A DNA stretch of 63,898 nucleotides, counting the filler. It is 10 parts of 10 records of this genome, joined end to end, with 100 filler letters (N's around TTAATTAATTAA, not from the genome) between each part and the next. Parts side by side here need not be neighbours in the genome. Positions count along the whole stretch, not along the records: positions 57,297 to 60,686 come from SRR7504441_4072; positions 60,787 to 63,898 come from SRR7504441_4075; 8 more parts are not named here. One strand, 5' to 3'. Positions 58,315 through 63,898 of this stretch are shown here, one piece after another. The notes below the pieces were generated by a model that was given only the letters and a program-made list of their open reading frames with translations, was not told the origin of the DNA and made no database searches. The number at the start of each line of letters is the position of its first letter. The stretch's first letter is position 1. Both the position numbers and the translations under genes were made by a program.

Positions 58315-60251
58315 TTAACGCGGACTGCTTCCAATCTTTCTGCGGACTGCTTGTTGGGCTGAATACGTGTCTCTGTAAGTCATGGCTGGAACAGATGGAC
58401 GCTTCTGATTCGACTCCTCATCAAGCAGCTTGTGCCAATCAAACGACTGACAGCCCGACGTCTTGTCATACAGATGAGGGAAGTGCTCGGCGCTCTCGTA
58501 CTTTTTGCGGACGGCCTCATACAGTTCCAAGTCAAACATTTCTCCAAACTCTTCGCGAGTCATGAACGTGTCGGCGTAAAGGAATGGGGCGCCCCCAACA
58601 TCACGGGTAAACTCTTCCATCTCTCGCATGCAGGACACCGGCTTGTACTGGTCGCTCTTGCCTTCCTGGACCAGCTTCGGGATGCCGTAGACGCCCAAGT
58701 CGTAAAACATGCCGTAGTCAGTTCCAGCGACCTTTTCGCGCGGCTTTCTGAACTGGCCCTGCTGGCTGCCGTGGTCGTAGATCCTTGACGGATATACCAG
58801 GATCGGCCACATCCCGAACAGCTTGCTGGCCTTGCCGATCGCCTGCTCCAGGCTGCTGATCGGGAGCACAATGTCCTGATAGACTCTGTGGAGCATCATT
58901 TCGTGTCGGATCTTGGGGGTCGCAGGCAGCTTGAGAAATGTCACCTTAGGAGGCGTCAGCCACCCAAACAGCAGCCGGAAGAGCCAGTGGTTGCCGTACC
59001 GCTCAGGCAGCTGGTCATTGAGTGACCAGAACACAGCCCGGTTGTGCCGGAAGATGTACTGATATGTCGGGATGAACTCTGTGATCGTGGCGGCCGACTG
59101 ATCGTACTGCTCCGCCCTGGCTCGACCCGCAGCGTACATGTCGCGGATGTGGCAGTAAAACCACGGCTTGAACCAATAGTTGCAGTTGTTGACCGTCGCG
59201 CCCGGGCGCGGGCTCTCCACGAAAGTGGCAGTCATCACCACGGCTTCATCTTCGCTGAACAGCGTTGCCTCAACGAAGTCCGCAGGCTCAGGCGCGAGAG
59301 ATACGTCACGGATTCGGGTACAGATCTGGGCGTTCCCGGCGACCGCCTCGTAGTTGAGCTCGATCCACGGGGTGGCGGGGCAGACCTTGAGCGTGAGTCC
59401 AACCAGCAGCCCGAGAGAGCCGTGCGACCTGCAGACCGGTCAGCGCCACTCACCCGGGGGGCGACCAGGGCAGGCTGTGCCAAAGGTCGGCGTGCTCATT
59501 GTCCCGCCGGGCCTTGACCAGCTGACCGTTCCCGAGCACAACTTCGTACTCTACCACTGTCTCCTGTGCCGGGCTCAGCGCTTGCCCTGAGCTATCTGCT
59601 TGCCTGTAGCAGGCCGTACTTGTGGCTGGCGGTAGTCATCCCCACGGCCATCGCCAGCCCGCCGACGGTGGCCTCCTCGATCTCGAGCGTGGTCTGGAGC
59701 ATCCAACCCCTGGGCAGCAGGTACCGGGTGATCTGGCCGACCTCCACCAGCGGCTCTATCCTCACGGTCTGGGCAGCCGGGTCGAACCCCAGGATGTTGC
59801 GCATGTCCCCCACGAAGATACAGTCGCTGTTCTGCTTGTAATCCGCAAAGCGCGTGCTCAGGTTTTGCCAGGGCGCCCGGGCGGTACACATCTTGCGCCG
59901 GGCGGAGACCGGCCGCTCGAGCCGCCGCCGGACGTCGGCCTGCACTCGGGCCACACGGGCGTCATGCGCGCGGGGGTCTGCGAAGAAGCGCTGGAAGAGC
60001 CACTCCTTGAAGGCCAGGTAGTTGCGCATGACGAACGAGCAGGGCAGGACCACCAGGAGCATGGCCAGGGGCCGGAACCGGCTGGCCACGAGGTCGATGA
60101 AAGGGGTGAGCAGCGGGAAAATCAGCCCCCAGCCGTGCCCCATCAGGAGGAACACCGGGCTGCTCAGCATGCTCACCAAGGACACCGCCAGCGCCACCAC
60201 CGGCCCGGCCACCCGCACCGCGACAGCTCCGCCAGCGCCAGCACTCTCCAT
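58315..60251 (-). CDS. DHCR24: Delta24-sterol reductase (DHCR24/DWF1), multi-exon
   Basis: HDARVARVQ, MCTARAPW, EPLV, TVGGLAMAVGM, LPWSHGSLG, WFKPWFY, YIFRHNR, QDIVLP, LYADTFMTREEF, FPHLYDK. Confidence 0.92.
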
Positions 60252-60786
60252 GCCTGATTTTAAACGCTGATCCGTTATTTTAAACGTTCAGGACTCGAGC
60301 CTCTGTTGGCCGCGCCGCACAACGCCAGACGCACACCTGTGCACACCGAATGCTCTCACGCTTGCCATGAAGAGTTTTATACCACTGTGCATTCTCCTCG
60401 CCGTGTTATGCATATGTCTCGCCCAAACCGCACCCATGCCAAACAGCGCAGTCGCCGATGCCTGGACTGAGAATAAGACCAACGACGAAGTCTTGGCAGA
60501 AATGTAACGAATAAACCCGATTTTTAAAACTCTCGTGTAATCAATGATATGATACAACAGGTCAGACACCACTAAAACATGTGGTATGTGATGCTAGACA
60601 GCCCTAGACGCATGTACGTTCTTCGAAGAAGGATTGTTATATAATATATAGTGGCGTACAGGGGTTTGGTGTTCACTAGAAACAGCNNNNNNNNNNNNNN
60701 NNNNNNNNNNNNNNNNNNNNNNNNNNNNNNTTAATTAATTAANNNNNNNNNNNNNNNNNNNNNNNNNNNNNNNNNNNNNNNNNNNN

Positions 60787-63700
60787 AAATCACCGTAGAC
60801 ATGTACACCCGGCCCAAGGAGCTAGGCCTCCGCCCCGCGCAGCTCGCCATCAACAGGGTCTCCCCCCCCCGGCGCCATCGACACGCGCTCCATCGCTGTC
60901 AGCTGGGAGCTGCGCTGCGGCTCTCTCAACTGCACCGGACTCCGCCAGCAGGCTTACTGGGTCACGATCCGGGACCGCGACGGCAGGCTGCTGGTTGATT
61001 CGGGCAAGGTGCAGGGCGACCAAACCTGGCACCGCCATCTGGCCCCGGCGCTCAGGAGCGCGCGCACGTACACTATCCAGGTCAGGGTCTGGAGCGGCCG
61101 CAGTGGCCCAGGCGAAGCTTCGGCTCAGTTTCGGACGGCGCTGCTGGACGAGGGCTGGAAAGGTGAGTGGATCGGAGGCTTCACGCAACTGCGGGGCGAC
61201 TTTTCCCTCTCCCAGCCGGCGGATGCAGTGTCCAGCGCGCTCGCACATGCCAGCGGAGTGGGTTGCTTTGCTCTTACAGTGAACGGCAAGCCGGCGGATG
61301 CGTTCGAGACCAACCGGACCTACATGAACCCAGGCTGGTCCAACGTGCCATCGGTTCGGATGCTCTACCGGCAGTTCGACGTGACTGGTCTGCTCCGCGG
61401 CGACGGGAGGAGCCAAACACTCGGGGTGCGGCTGGGCCAGTGTAAGTTTGGGTACCAGGACGCGTTCTGTAAGGGGGCCCACGGGTCACTGGCCACCTGT
61501 CGAGCGTTCAACCTACAGCTCACGCTCGCGTTCAAGGATGGAACCGAGCAGACTGTGATCACTCACGCGACCGCCGCCAACGACACCACCCGCTGGATCG
61601 GCACAACCGCGCTCAACCCCATCCGTTATACCCATCTGTATCACGGCGAAATCGTGGACGGTCGAACTGGGCACCCGGATTGGGACATGCCCTCATACAC
61701 CCCACCGATGGGCCCAGACCAGTGGCAGCCGGCACAGCCGTACGAAGGGGCATCTCAGCTTGCGAGGCAGGTCAGCTTGCTGCGAGCGCCGCCCATAGCG
61801 GCAACTAGTGAGATCGCGCCGGTCGCTGTGACGAAGATCAGTGAAGGGTTTGTTTATGATTTCGGTAACAACATGGCCGGTTTCACACGGCTCAACGCCT
61901 CGACGGCTCTCCCGGCGGGTACCGTGGTTACACTCAAGTACGGTGAGGTACTCAACAAAGACGGCACGGTCAACATGGCTTGGGGAAGTGGCAGTGGGAT
62001 CAATCAAGCCAACCAGACCGACCAGTACACCTTCCGGGGCGTGCCCGGGGAGAGTTTCACACCTTCGTTCACTTACCACGGCTTCCGGTTTGTGCAGCTC
62101 GAGGGGCTGCCCGCTGGGGTGAGCCCAGGCCAGTCATTCCTCACGGCACTGTTTGTTCGGACTGCGATGCCTCGCTCGGGCCGTGTCGAGTTTGGGCATG
62201 CCAATTTGGATGGGAGCTACAGGTACTCGGTGCTCAACCAGATCCAAGCAGCTATTGTCCAGACTCAGGCCTCCAACGTCCACTCACACCCAACAGACTG
62301 TCCGCAGCGGGAGAAGCGCGGGTGGACTGGTGACAGCCAGGTTACTTCTGGGCAGTGTAGCCTCAACTTTGATGCGGTCGGCATGTATGACCAGTGGCTT
62401 CAGTCCATGGCCGACTCTTCGCTGGTAGGCTGCGCGCTCGCACCTCAGGCGCCCGTGCTCCCGCAGCCACAAGTGTTCGAATGCTGTGACCCGAACAAGA
62501 CTGCCTTTGGCTGCAACTACAATGGCCTCCCCCCCGGAGGCGCCAATGGTGGCTTTTCTGAGACGCATGGCTCGATAGCGGATGTTGTCCCCTATATGCA
62601 CGTGGGTGGGTGGCCTGGTGACCCGAGCTGGGGCGTTGCAGGGGCTACGATTCCATGGGAAGTCATGACACAGACTGGCGACTTGTCGATTGCGGAGCAG
62701 TATTACCAACTCTCCAAGGGGGTTGTGGACTTTTTTTCAAGGCAAGGTGACCCCAAGCTGGGCGGATTGGTCACCTTCGGCTATTACGGTGATTGGCTTT
62801 CACTGGAACCGATCCCAAAGCCGCAGACTGTAGGCTGGTCACACATGCTAGGGATGGCGCGGCTCGCCAACATGGCTGAACGGTTGGGCAAGGCGGATGA
62901 CGCTGCTCTGTACCGCGCTCAGCTCTCGAATCTCACCAGCGCCTACCGTGCTGCCTATCTCGCGCCGGATGGCTCGTTTGGAAGTAGCCAAACAGCAAAT
63001 GTACTGGCGCTCTATCTCAACCTGACCCAGGGCGCAGCCGGCAAGGCAGCTGCTGTGGCAGCCCTGGTCGCGGGGCTCGGCAAGCACGGCAACAGGACCC
63101 AATCAGGGCTGGTAGGGGTTTCTTACCTGTTCCAGGCGCTGATGTTGGCAGGCGAGCACCAACTGGCCCTCTCGATCGCGTCTGCCACCGACGAGCCCTC
63201 GTGGGGATACATGGTCAAAATGGGTCCTGGAACAATCTGGGAAACCTGGACTGATTCCTCAAACAGTCACAATCACCCGATGTTCACTGCAAGCATTGGC
63301 AAGTACCTTTACGCGCTCGCTGGGCTCCAGCCGGAGGCATGGCGCGACCCGACTATTCCTGAGCTGAAGCCAGCCGCAGGCCACGCGGCCACCGCAGCCG
63401 CTGTCGGATCTGCATCCGTGTCCATTGCCAGTCGCCATGGTGCGGGACCCATCCACTTTTCGTGGAGCTTTGACAGCCTCTCGTTCCGGGCAAACATCAG
63501 CGTGCCCCACGGCTTTGAGACTGCACGTCTCACCATGCCCGTCCGGCTGCCGACAGGAAGCAGCTTAGACACGAGCAGCTTCACCCTCGTCGAGCGGCGC
63601 AGTGGGATCCGGTACCAAATCGACGGCGGTGCCCGAGCGCTGAGCGCTGCTGGTTTGAGCTACATGGGCGTGCTACGGATGAGTATGTTGCCGGTGGGAA

Positions 63701-63789
63701 GCGACGAGGATAGCAAGGATCTGGCTCATGCGGAGCTGATGATCACGCCTGGGTATTTCGAGTTCGAGCTTGTGGCCTTCGCCAAATAG
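60787..63789 (+). CDS. GH78 alpha-L-rhamnosidase family protein, 5' end uncertain
   Basis: GEIVDGR, YDFGNNMAG, FTYHGFRFV, PTDCPQREKRGWTGD, YYGDW, PSWGYMV, TIWETW, SHNHPMF. The frame extends upstream of 61009 to about 60870. Confidence 0.93.
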
Positions 63790-63898
63790 CCTTGCACTAG
63801 TCTTGCACAGTGCGTACCCAGTGCCAGCATCCATGGTACACGGCTACATGACTCTATAAAATTAATATTCATGAGCACACAATTATCTGGATTATGGC

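Noticed and set aside
20070-60686. Apparent lipid-metabolism cluster (FARAT, MAPEG, Mpo1, DHCR24) near the megasynthase
   Set aside because: The genes are on different contigs, so there is no evidence of physical linkage.
12259-60786. Nine identical TTAATTAATTAA elements within N runs, which could look like a repeat family
   Set aside because: They are artificial 100-nt contig linkers with six-frame stops. ORFs crossing them and gene adjacency across them are meaningless.
1-63898. tRNA, rRNA or CRISPR arrays
   Set aside because: None recognised by eye; a covariance-model scan was not possible.

Overview
The window is not one locus. It is ten short contigs from a eukaryotic, probably protist, genome joined by artificial 100-nt spacers (N44-TTAATTAATTAA-N44). 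The genome is gene-dense, with very short spliceosomal introns (about 37-57 nt, some GC-AG), many head-to-head gene pairs, and a recurring YAACGG motif near start codons. The standout is contig 1 (1-12258, minus strand, truncated at both ends). After removing three small introns it reads as one AT-less hybrid megasynthase of more than 4000 aa: FAAL - ACP - divergent KS - CYP74-like P450 - COG2907-type FAD oxidoreductase - ACP - two copies of an unknown GxWWM domain - C - A - carrier - KS - DH. Other notable items are a TFIIS-N domain fused to a giant-virus-like 2OG-Fe(II) oxygenase, a peroxisomal FAR-acyltransferase fusion whose FAR site looks degenerate, a possible Cry-toxin domain-I-like protein broken by a 13-bp duplication, a ricin-lectin/TM/RING-H2 protein and an EF-hand zeta-toxin-like kinase. 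The rest is ordinary: DDX46, DHCR24, GH27, GH78, carboxylesterase, MFS, CorA, NIPA, rhodanese, SET, DnaJ, Hpt and ankyrin genes. All family assignments come from recognising motifs by eye; no database search was run.
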